From: Nemertoderma westbladi
Lineage: Eukaryota; Animalia; Xenacoelomorpha
Assembly: GCA_032718475.1 (NCBI GenBank)
Contig: JAUCBJ010003286.1
Coordinates: forward strand, 19,030-83,029
Reading direction: 5' to 3'
Length of the DNA stretch: 64,000 bases
Shown here: positions 27,377 through 38,600 of the stretch, in pieces
Layout: each line of letters begins with the position of its first letter
How positions within the stretch are numbered: the first letter of the stretch is position 1
Program-made: the position numbers and the translations under genes
The notes under the pieces: model-generated
What the model was told of the DNA's origin: nothing
Databases searched by the model: none
The model's input: the letters and a program-made list of their open reading frames with translations, nothing else

Positions 27377-28269
27377 TTATATTTTTCACCATCTTCGAGA
27401 ATTTTCTCCTTATTCTCATGGAGGTAAAATATTAAGATAATCAATCATCCACTGGTCCAAGATAAAGTGAAAGTCATTGTAACTAGAAAGCCAGCAAGCT
27501 GGCTGGAAGGAGCCCGGGGGAAAAATCCTAGCCAAGACTATTACAAAGAACTATGTCAGTCAGCAGTAAGTAAACTAAAATTGTCTAAACTGCAAGGCGT
27601 GAGGCTAGCTGACTTTGTGGCTCGCCCCACATAATAAAAAATGCAACTTAGCTACCACTAACAAAAATATAATATGAAGCAAATAATTTCATTATCAAGA
27701 ACGTTTACAAGATATAAGATGCGATTACCGAATATTTATAAAAAATGCCCATGATGCACAACCAGATAAATAACAACGAATAGAGCCAAATAACAAATTT
27801 AGTTTCCTTCTATAGGTATTACCCCGTCGTCAAGCGGAATATCTCTTCCCAGTGAATTCTATGTGAATATGTAATATAGGTACTCCTTAGGCGGTAGGCC
27901 AGGGCGGGCTCCTTAAATACATGCAACTACTGTATTATAGTGTAGGTCAACTATAAAACATTTTGCAATCCACAGTGAGTATCGACTGCAATAGGACACA
28001 ACACACTGCTTTGTGTAACTAAAATTCATTCTCCTGATCCACCCCCTAACATAGCAGAGTGAGTAACCTTATTGTAGATATACCCTTAGGAAGCACTGGG
28101 AGAGCAATCAGCTTATGGGGTAATACATTAGAAACCAACAGCTTATGTGTGAGTAAACATTGCCTTTCCTTATAGCCTACTAGTAAAACTTGGCAACCAA
28201 CACGTTTTTCTATGACTGTGTATAACATATTAAGCCATATTTCATCATGAACACCAGCTGTTATTTTGC

Positions 28270-28555
28270 TTTTAATTTCGCGACAAAACAATGTCAAAAA
28301 CTAAATATATCGAATACCACACATAGAATCGATCTGAAATTTTGTAACGCGATTATGAACCACCAAAGCAATGTACTTGCAAAATTTCATCAAAATCGCC
28401 AGGCAGGAAGTGCCTTAACCTAGATAATTATCAGTCAGTATGTCAGTCAGTATGTCAGTCAGTATGTCAGTCAGTGTAATGTATCCTGAGATTTTTACAG
28501 AAAGTATCCCTGAGATTCTTACAGTAAGTATCCCGCTGTCAAGCGGGCTCCTAAT
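28270..28555 (+). mobile_element. Non-autonomous Helitron-like element (3' part)
   Basis: GCAAAATTTCATCAAAATCG motif, (GTCAGTCAGTAT)n repeat, and a terminal hairpin CCCGCT-GTCA-AGCGGG (28532-28547) followed by CTAA (CTRR). The 5' boundary is uncertain. Confidence 0.55.
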
Positions 28556-29203
28556 AAACCCAGGGTCGTAAGGAATTAATTATCATTGTTACTTACTTCA
28601 CTGCCAAGATTTCGTATTCCACATGCTCAAGAGACGATGATTGTCTATACAACCAACTATTTTACTTTATATATATTACTGCTTATTGAAGTTGGCAATG
28701 ATAATCTTTTTTGTATCTTCTAGTTTTTTCATAATAGATTGATAGTTATCTGAGAAAACATTTCCCAACATAAATGTTTACAAGTGGGGGACTTTTATTT
28801 AGAGATCTACTAGTATTGAATGTATTAAGTCTACGATCTATGTAATTTCTTTACACAAAACAAATTTTCCATGTCAACATTAATATTATTTACATTATAT
28901 TTTCCTTAATATTCAGAGTAAACATTGAGTTTGGAATCAATCTATAAATACGTTCAAAGGTTGGAGGGACATGCCAAATTTACGCTACGCTTATTTCCTC
29001 TGCTTATATTTTGCTTGATTATACAGGTACTTACTTACGTTGTAGTACATAATAATAATAATAATAGCGACTTAGGAATTAATACGCTGACGCCATTCCA
29101 TATCATATGCAATTTTACAACTTTCCACAACTGCTTTCAAACGTCTTTATGATTAAATAGAAACAACAAAGAAATAGAACTCATTCATTCTTTTTTATAA
29201 ATC

Positions 29204-31054
29204 ATGGATGATGAATGTGTGAAACTACGCATTGACTCTCAACGAATAATGTCGTTACTTACCGAAAAGGTATCTCGACTGAAATCCTTTGAATCTAGAG
29301 CGGGTAGCTCATCAATCCATGAGGAAGGTTCATCAGATACTGCGGAAAGATCACCCCTTGTTGGTACTGACATTTACAAAGAAGAGGCAGTAGGGGTTGG
29401 TAATGCTAAAAATGAATCGCAGATCGGAATCACAGAGTTGAGGGATCATTTAACTTACCTAGAAAACACTCTCCTCCTTCAAATAGAAGTGAATAAATCC
29501 CTAGCAGACCGTATTGATTATCTTGAAAACGCGAGGGAAAATGATGTGAAAAGGGTTAAACGTTTAGAATGTAAAATCAGAGACCAAGAGTGTGAATTGA
29601 GTTGGGCAATCCGTCAGATAAAATCGCAACATATGGATAACTCAAGTGGGGATGAAGTTGTTAGGACCAGTATAGTTGCCAAAGCGAAACCTGTTGAAGA
29701 AGACATCAGTGTTGAAAGGAAAATTGCTAAGGAAGTCAACGTAGGAACAGACGGAGAAGTTATTCAACGAAATAGTTACACCGATGGAGATGACGATGAT
29801 TACGTAGTATTACGGAAAGTAAGTGCTCCAGAGATTAGTGTATCGAGAGATAAGGAATCACTCGCAATGTTACACCATAAGAGTTTCCCACCTGGTCTGA
29901 ATCCCAAATCTATTGCGGAAGAGGGTATCAATGCTTACAAAGATCTACAAAATGAAAATGTTCGAATGGCCGAGATTATTTCGCAAAGTGGGAACTCACT
30001 TTGTGCAGACTGCAACCTCCCAGGCACAGAGTTTGCTTGCAAAGTAGCTGGTGTTTTTCTGTGCATGGATTGTGCCATGATACATAGAGCAGTTGGGCGA
30101 ACCTCTTTGAAGATGCTAATGGCTAAATGGTCAGATGAGGATATAACTCTCCTTGAAAGAAAGGGTAACGATAATGGTCGAGCAATTTTAGAGCCCTTTT
30201 TGCCTTCGTTTTACCCGACGCCACGAGGTGCTGGGCGGCAGATATCATCGAGACTGTACCGCGAGCAGTTTGTCGAAGCGAAATACGAAAGAAAGGAGTT
30301 TTCCAGCCAATCGAAACAGCCATACACCAGCGGCATTAAACAAGGCATACTCTGGATGTACAGGCGCGGTTCATTCAAGCAGTCCTTGTTTCAACTAGAA
30401 GGAAAGTACCTAATGTACTACATGAAACCTGAACCCGTTGGTACAGTTCACACCGTAAATGTGTACGACCTGCGTGTGGTCCTATCACCAGAACGGGTCG
30501 GACACCCTAATGGAATGCATCTCTCTTACGTAAAGCCGTTGAGTGGAACTCGCAATATTTACGTATATTCGGAAGACGGACATGAAATTATGCAATGGTT
30601 CCTAGCTATACTTTGTAATACCCTACTCTTAGAACAAGTCTCCTTTCCCACCGCTCCCACAGAACTTTTAATCATGAAATTGAAGCTAAGCCATACGAAG
30701 GAAGGCTATCTGAGTAAGACGGGTCGTAAGGGGACAGAGATATTCCGAAAGCGATGGTGTAATCTGGATGATCGCAGATTCACTTACTACGAGGACAAGT
30801 TAGACGAGTGTCCAAAGGGGGAAGTTTTCCTGGGGGACCGGGAAAACTATAAGGTTACACTAGGGTATCCCCCATCCTTATCGTATCCCTCGGAAGATAA
30901 TATATTTACGTTGAAAGCCGAGGACCGTTTGTATGTTCTAAGGGCAGAAAGCGAAGAGGAACGCAGCGAGTGGATTAAAGTTATCGATGATGCCATTCAA
31001 ACAGAGATGGCTCCTCAAGACAAAGCTGCATCGATTCATGTTCCACGCAAATGA
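29204..31054 (+). CDS. ADAP1: ArfGAP with dual PH domains (ADAP/centaurin-alpha-like) with an N-terminal coiled-coil extension, intronless, 616 aa
   Basis: CX2CX16CX2CX4R zinc finger (CADC...CMDCAMIHR), REQFVEAKYERKEF, PH1 ending RNIYVYSEDGHEIMQWF, and PH2 KEGYLSKTG...FRKRW...YYEDKLD..PKGEVFLG. Orthology to ADAP1 versus ADAP2 is unresolved. Confidence 0.9.
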   Translation: MDDECVKLRIDSQRIMSLLTEKVSRLKSFESRAGSSSIHEEGSSDTAERSPLVGTDIYKEEAVGVGNAKNESQIGITELRDHLTYLENTLLLQIEVNKSLADRIDYLENARENDVKRVKRLECKIRDQECELSWAIRQIKSQHMDNSSGDEVVRTSIVAKAKPVEEDISVERKIAKEVNVGTDGEVIQRNSYTDGDDDDYVVLRKVSAPEISVSRDKESLAMLHHKSFPPGLNPKSIAEEGINAYKDLQNENVRMAEIISQSGNSLCADCNLPGTEFACKVAGVFLCMDCAMIHRAVGRTSLKMLMAKWSDEDITLLERKGNDNGRAILEPFLPSFYPTPRGAGRQISSRLYREQFVEAKYERKEFSSQSKQPYTSGIKQGILWMYRRGSFKQSLFQLEGKYLMYYMKPEPVGTVHTVNVYDLRVVLSPERVGHPNGMHLSYVKPLSGTRNIYVYSEDGHEIMQWFLAILCNTLLLEQVSFPTAPTELLIMKLKLSHTKEGYLSKTGRKGTEIFRKRWCNLDDRRFTYYEDKLDECPKGEVFLGDRENYKVTLGYPPSLSYPSEDNIFTLKAEDRLYVLRAESEEERSEWIKVIDDAIQTEMAPQDKAASIHVPRK

Positions 31055-32641
31055 TCACACAGATAAATATCAGATTTTTGAAAATTTTCATATTTAATTC
31101 AACGATACCATTTATTTAGCTCATGTCGAAAACAGATTTTATTTTACATTTTAGTGCATTCATTCATTGACTTACGATTGGATGAGTTTAGTATGATGGA
31201 GGTTATGTTGCATATTTTGCATTTCTCTGCGTATTTGTATGTATTTGTTGCTCGCTTTCTTGGTAAAAACGCTTCCTTTTAGGCCTCGTATGAAGGACTT
31301 TTAGACTACTTATTTATGATATTTATATATATTATATTATATTAATGTTTTTGATATGATAATACTATATTACTACATTACCGACTGAATCTGTTGGGCT
31401 TCTGCCGGTGGAAATGTGTTAGGTTGCCCAGTGGAAAGACACAAATAACAGGGGATTCTATTGTCTTATATTTATTGTTTTAGCTAGAATAACGCGCCAC
31501 TGTAACGTGATGCTCCTTTGTATTATTTGATAACTTACATTGTTATTCACCACGAGACAATACTTAGCCGAGTTAGGAATTATGTGAATTCTACTCCCAC
31601 AGATTCATAAAGATAACCGGATATTTACCCTGAATATTGTGGGTCCACAACAGAACCTCTAACCGATCGTGTACCACAACCGCTGATAGAAACGTTATCT
31701 ATATGTCGGTTTGCCTTCGTCTAATGTTTAATGGCTAATAACTCACGCAATCTTTGAAAGAATTAACCCAAAATTGGTACAGATGTGGTCTGTCAAAAGT
31801 CTGAATTATAATAGGTGTGTGGGTGAGGGGTGTAAGTTAATCACTCACATAATATATCAAAACCCACACGGTAGGCTCGCCTCACTTACATTGGAACTCA
31901 CGTGCACGCAGAATGGTATCCTTCATTGGTACCTTAACACAGTGGGGGAAGGGGGGGGGGGGGGGGGGGTAGTGGTTCTCCGACACGGGGGTTTGGATTT
32001 TGGGTATGAAATAAAAACTACACCATTTAAAAAAAATAATGACATTTGTGCAAATTATTAAGGAATAGTAAGTTTATTTTCAAATTAATTATTGTCCGGT
32101 GTCATAATAGTTAATACTATCTAAATTTCAACAAAATAAACTACAAATTATAAAAAAACGTTTTTTGCAAAATAATCTACAAACAACAAATACATTGAAT
32201 TATCAAATGACCGAAATATATTTTAAATCTCATAATTTAATTATTATTATTCATTCGGAGTGGGTTATCGTTATGGGGAATGAGGATACCAAACCAAAGT
32301 TAAATGTTGTTTTAATTTTGCGGATTTTATTTATTTATTTCATATTTTATCTTCTCACATGACAGACAGACATGCTTTTTATTTGAGTTATAATAATTAT
32401 TATTCCATCAAAAACAACATACAAGAAACTTGCAATTGTTGACATTAATACGAACTGTATGAGTACATATTTAGGTGCCCCTTTTTCAAATTTTAATGTA
32501 AAGTGTTGTGACATTGCAGTTATGTAATAAAAATATTTTGAAAATTATTTTTCCTCATTCAGCAATAAGAAACAAGCATGCAAGCGTTTAGATATGAAAC
32601 ACAACATATACAATAAAATACTGCAATATTATTAAAGATTA

Positions 32642-35600
32642 TTATATTTCGCTATCTTTAGTCGACTCCATTCCATCAATAATGTCTTTTCTGTCCACAA
32701 TTACTTCAGGAGTTAGCGAATTCTTCAGTTTCTGTTAAAAAAAATGTAAAAGGAAAGTGTTTAAAATCTCGGGAAAAATAGCCGAGCTGGTGTAGTTGGA
32801 GTTGCTTCCGAATATTTCTCGAAACTTCATACCTTAACAATACCATTCTGTCTGCACCTAATCTGTCTGTCTGTCTGTACCTAATCATAGTCAGTCTGTC
32901 TCTATGTACCTAGTAGGTCTGTTTGTACCTAGTCAGCAGTCTGTCTGTACCTAGTCTGTCTGTCTGTACCTAGTCTGTCTGTCTGTACCTAGTCTGTCTG
33001 TCTGTACCTAGTCAGTCTGTATGTACCTAGGCAGTCTGTCTATACCTAGTCAGTTTGTCTGTACCTAGTCAGCAGTCTGTCTGTACCTAGTCTGTCTGTC
33101 TGTACCCAGTCTGTCTGTCCGTACCTAGTCTGTCTGTCGGTACCTAGTCTGTCTGTCGGTACCTAGTCTGGCTGTCTGTACCTAGTTTGTCTGTCTGTAC
33201 CTAGTCTATCTGTCTGTACCTAGTCAGTTTGTCTGTACCTAGTCTGTCTGTCTGTACCTAGTCAGTCTGTCGGTACCTAGTCTGGCTGTCTGTACCTAGT
33301 TTGTCTGTATGTACCTAGTCTATCTGTCTGTACCTAGTCAGTTTGTCTGTACCTAGTCTGTCTGTCTGTACCTAGTCAGTCTGTCTGTACCTAGTCACTC
33401 TGTCTCTACCTAGTCTGTCTGTCTGTACTTAGTCAGTCTGTCTCTACCTAGTCAGTCTGTCTGTTCCTAGTCTGTCTGCCTGTACCTAGTCTGTATGCCT
33501 GTACCTAGTCAGTCTGTCTGTACCTAGTCTGTCTGTCTGTATCTAGTCTGTCTGTCTGTACCTAGTCTGTCTGTATGTACCTAGTCAGTCTGTCTGTACC
33601 TGGTCTGTCTATCTGTACCTAGTCAGTCTGTGTGTACCTAGACAGTCTGTATGTACCTAGGCAGTCTGTCTGTACCTAGTCTGTCTGTCTGTACCTAGTC
33701 TGTCTGTCTGTACCTAGTCAGTCTGTATGTACCTAGGCAGTCTGTCTGTACCTAGTCAGTTTGTCTGTACCTAGTCAGCAGTCTGTCTGTACCTAGTCTG
33801 TCTGTCTGTACCCAGTCTGTCTGTCCGTACCTAGTCTGTCTGTCGGTACCTAGTCTGTCTGTCGGTACCTAGTCTGGCTGTCTGTACCTAGTTTGTCTGT
33901 CTGTACCTAGTCTATCTGTCTGTACCTAGTCAGTTTGTCTGTACCTAGTCTGTCTGTCTGTACCTAGTCAGTCTGTCGGTACCTAGTCTGGCTGTCTGTA
34001 CCTAGTTTGTCTGTCTGTACCTAGTCTATCTGTCTGTACCTAGTCAGTTTGTCTGTACCTAGTCTGTCTGTCTGTACCTAGTCAGTCTGTCTGTACCTAG
34101 TCACTCTGTCTCTACCTAGTCTGTCTGTCTGTACTTAGTCAGTCTGTCTCTACCTAGTCAGTCTGTCTGTTCCTAGTCTGTCTGCCTGTACCTAGTCTGT
34201 ATGCCTGTACCTAGTCAGTCTGTCTGTACCTAGTCTGTCTGTCTGTATCTAGTCTGTCTGTCTGTACCTAGTCTGTCTGTATGTACCCAGTCAGTCTGTC
34301 TGTACCTGGTCTGTCTATCTGTACCTAGTCAGTCTGTGTGTACCTAGACAGTCTGTATGTACCTAGGCAGTCTGTCTGTACCTAGTCTGTCTGTCTGTAC
34401 CTAGTCAGTCTGTCTGTACCTAGTCAGTCTGTCTGTACCTAGTCTGTCTGTCTGTACCTAGTCTGTCTGCCAGTACCTAGTCAGTCTGTCTGTACCAAGT
34501 CTGTCTGTCTGTACCTAGTCAGTCTGTCTGTACCTAGTCTGTCTGTCTGTACCTAGTCAGTCTGTCTGTACCTAGTCTGTCTGTCTGTACCTAGTCTGTC
34601 TGTCTGTACCTAGTCTGTCTGTCTGTACCTAGTCAGTCTGTCTATACCTAGTCTGTCTGTCTGTACCTAGTCTGTCTGTCTGTACCTAGTCTGTCTGCCT
34701 GTACCTAGTCAGTCTGTCTGTACCTAGTCAGTCTGTCTATACCTAGTCTGTCTGTCTGTACCTAGTCTGTCTGTCTGTATCTAGTCTGTCTGTCTGTACC
34801 TAGTCTGTCTGTCTGTACCTAGTCTGTCTGCCTGTACCTAGTCTGTCTGCCTGTACCTAGTCAGTCTGTCTGTACCTAGTCAGTCTGTCTATACCTAGTC
34901 TGTCTGTCTGTACCTAGTCTGTCTGTCTGTATCTAGTCTGTCTGTCTGTACCTAGTCTGTCTGTCTGTACCTAGTCTGTCTGTCTGTACCTAGTCAGTCT
35001 GTCTGTACCTAGTCAGTCTGTCTGTACCTAGCCTGTCTGTTTGTACCTAGTCTGTCTGTCTGTACCTGTCAGTCTATCTGTACCTAGTCAGTCTGTCTGT
35101 ACCTAGTCTGTCTGTCTGTACCTAGTCTGTCTGCCTGTACCTAGTCAGTCTGTCTGTACCTAGTCAGTCTGTCTGTACCTAGTCTGTCTGTCTGTACCTA
35201 GTCTGTCTGTCTGTGCCAAGCCTGTCTGACTCTGGTCGCTTTCACATTTTTATGTGATAAATCACAATCTTAACATGTCGCGTCGCTCATTGATTACATT
35301 TTGACTTGGTGTTTTCACAAAGTTTGCAACAACTCCAGTGATTGGTAGCGAACTTATTAAGTGTATCACAATTTTATAAATCAATAACATTTCTATGGGT
35401 GGGAAGGGGGGGGGGGGGGGGTGCGGTGGGTTTGGTGTAAATTGAAGGGGTGGTTAGCATTCCTCCACGCACCTATCCTGGCCCTAATTTAATGAGGGGC
35501 TAGTTTGCAACAAAAGGACCCAAAAAACTTTTTTGAGGGATTTTAGTTCCAAAATGGCGCATTATGTTTCTCGCGAAAAGAGTTCAGTTGCCATAAATAG

Positions 35601-35645
35601 ATGCAGAGGACAGCTAAAGATACTATACAGTATATTCAAAACAAA

Positions 35646-35678
<33 letters not shown>

Positions 35679-38600
35679 CCCCACCTCCCCACCCCACATT
35701 AAGGAAATTTAATGTAATACTAAATTCAACGTACCTGTTGCAGCGTACCAGGAGTTTTAATGAATTTATAAATTGCATATGTCGGAATACACAATAAAGA
35801 GCTTAACGTCATTGAAACAGACAAAACCTTGGTCCACATTGGTAAAGGTTCCCCATTAACTAACGGGAATTGAAATTCTTTCCATCCAAATATCAATGTA
35901 AACTAAAATATTAATAGAAGTTAAAAAATATCACTTTTACGTGTAAATTAATGGTGATTCTATTAGTTAATTAATATTAATTTGGTGAGTTAAATAGTGT
36001 TAATTATATTAGTTAAATAATATGTGTATTAGTCAAATAATAGGCCCCATTAATTATGCGTTTTAATTCACAATTAATCTCCGTAACGCTTATATTACAA
36101 ATTATAGTGCAAATTTTCTACATAGGGAATATGCGTGGGGGGTCACTTATTACAACCATGGTTTGTGTTCATGATTATTTTATAATTTATTTCATTTTAA
36201 AATTTAATATTTTAAATAAAATGGTGTTTATTAGTACAAATATATTGAAATTGAATTCCACTTACTATAAGGAAAGCAGGACTGAGAAAGGCCCAACAGA
36301 CATTCCAGAATTTCCCAGGGCGGTAGCCAATCATTTCCTTGATGTGGTCACTGACGTTTCGGTAACCATAGAACCAACTAATCACGATAATCTCGATACA
36401 AACGACCACAAATAACGCATTAGGTACCACTAGAGCTTCATACAATGTCAACACATAACTTCCTCCCTAAATAACAACATGCCACGATTATTACATTGTT
36501 AGGCATCTAATTAAACCTAATTATATTTGGTATTTGCTAAGTTTTGCCAAACGAAATTTGTAAACCTAAATTTGAAGGTGAGAGGGTTGGTTAATTTTGG
36601 TACCCAAATCGTTACACTTTTTAAATTTATACATCAATATTATTATGATGATTGTTAATAGGAATTAAATTAATCAATTGAATCAAAACTTAATCTTTTT
36701 ACTATGAATTATTAAGTAGATAATTAATAATTAACTAACCCATGTTAGCGTTGGAAGTGCGCCAAGGTAAGAAATAATAAGCAACACAAAAACGAAAACT
36801 TCTCTACGGTTGCCAAGTACCTGAGGGAACGCATCGCTCATTGCTGTGATTACCGATTCCAGCCCACCAAACTGAAAGTAAAATAGCTGAAAATAAGTTT
36901 GGTATAAAAGGTTTTATGTAAATCATGAGTTAAATTAACTGTTAAATTTAGAACTGTGTCTGTGAATTAACTCTAAATCAGTTTTATTTACGTCTTTATT
37001 AATAACTGTTAATGTTACGCACCGTACTATCCAATCCGAGAGTGATAAGCATTAAGAAAAATGCTATACTCCAGAAGGAAGCCCCTGGCATGAGAGCAAG
37101 AGCTTCGGGGTAAACAATAAAGATCAGTCCGTGTCCGTAGTCATTCTGAACGACCTGAAATAGACGGCAAATGTAGAGCAATTTGGTCAATCTGTTCAAC
37201 CTCTACCGGTACGATGAATGGTAAGTGTAGTACAATAGATAGTGAAAGTAAAGTAAAGTTAACGTTGGGCGTGAAATCCGAAACACCGGAGGCAACCCGG
37301 AGGCTCTAGTCGCTTTGCATGTTATTTCTAAGACTGGGAGGACGCCACACTAACTCCCAATGGTGAATACTCCATAAAACTATTCAACCCTAAAATACTT
37401 AAACCTAGAGTGACGGACGATATAATGATAATAGTTATTGTGAATGCGTTGTAGTGATACAGATAACGGGCGAGGTCGGCCTACTTACCTTGTCAACAGT
37501 TGTTCCTTCAATTTTAGCGAGGTACCCAAGAACAGAAAAAATAACAAAACCAGCCATCAAACTTGTAAATGAGTTAATTAGAGCCACAGCAACGGCATCT
37601 CTGAAAGTAAACGAATTATCTTTGGTTTTTCTGTGAACGAATAAACTAAACAATACAACTGGATAACACAGATAATGGGTAAATAAAAATTAACCGGGAA
37701 TGAGTTGACGTAAACTTCGTCAATGGGAATCCTTCCATTGATAAGCCACGTTGGAGTGAGTGCTATACTATTATAGCATCGTCGATCTTCCTCAAGATCT
37801 TCCATAGATATTTCATTATCAGTTTGCTAACAGGGGTTAAACCTCGGTTGACCCATTGTTAAGAGAGAGACCCAATTGCTCAGCTGAGTCGCTATGGTGT
37901 TTAAGGATTCTTCGTCTGCCAACCATTCAATAATATCTAACCGCATGAACTGTCCGCACATATGATATGATATCATCATGATGAAAAAAAACATATATCA
38001 TTGTTTGATTTCAAATAGGACTATACTATTTCATATATTCCTTAACTGGTTAAAACAATATGAAATATAATAGTGCAACAATTTACAAATGATTTATAAT
38101 ACTTACTTGTAACAGTTGTTGTTGAATTGGTTGTAGCTTGCTAGAGCTAGAATCACACCAAATCCTGGACCCAATGAAAAAAATATCTGTTGCGCCGCAT
38201 CCAGCCAGACCTTGGCTTCTTGAAGCTTATCCAGTCTGGGGGTGACGTAATATATTATGCCTTCCAGAGATCCAGGCAATGTGACACCTCGTATGAGCAG
38301 GATAAGTAGTACAATATATGGGAATGTGGCTGTCACCCAAACAACCTAAAGGTTTATGATAAGTAGTACAATATATATATACTGTAAGTATTTATTTAAC
38401 AACCTAAATAATTTATTATAGTAATTTCCACTTATCGTTATGCTAACCTTGCCTGATCCCTTTATGCCTTTCCAAAGCGAGAAATATACTAGAACGTAAA
38501 TTGATAGAAGGCACAGGGCAAGTTGCCAGCGTATGTTACCAATATCATTGATACCAGTTGAACGATGGGCTTCTAAAACATTCAGACTGCAAATAAATGG

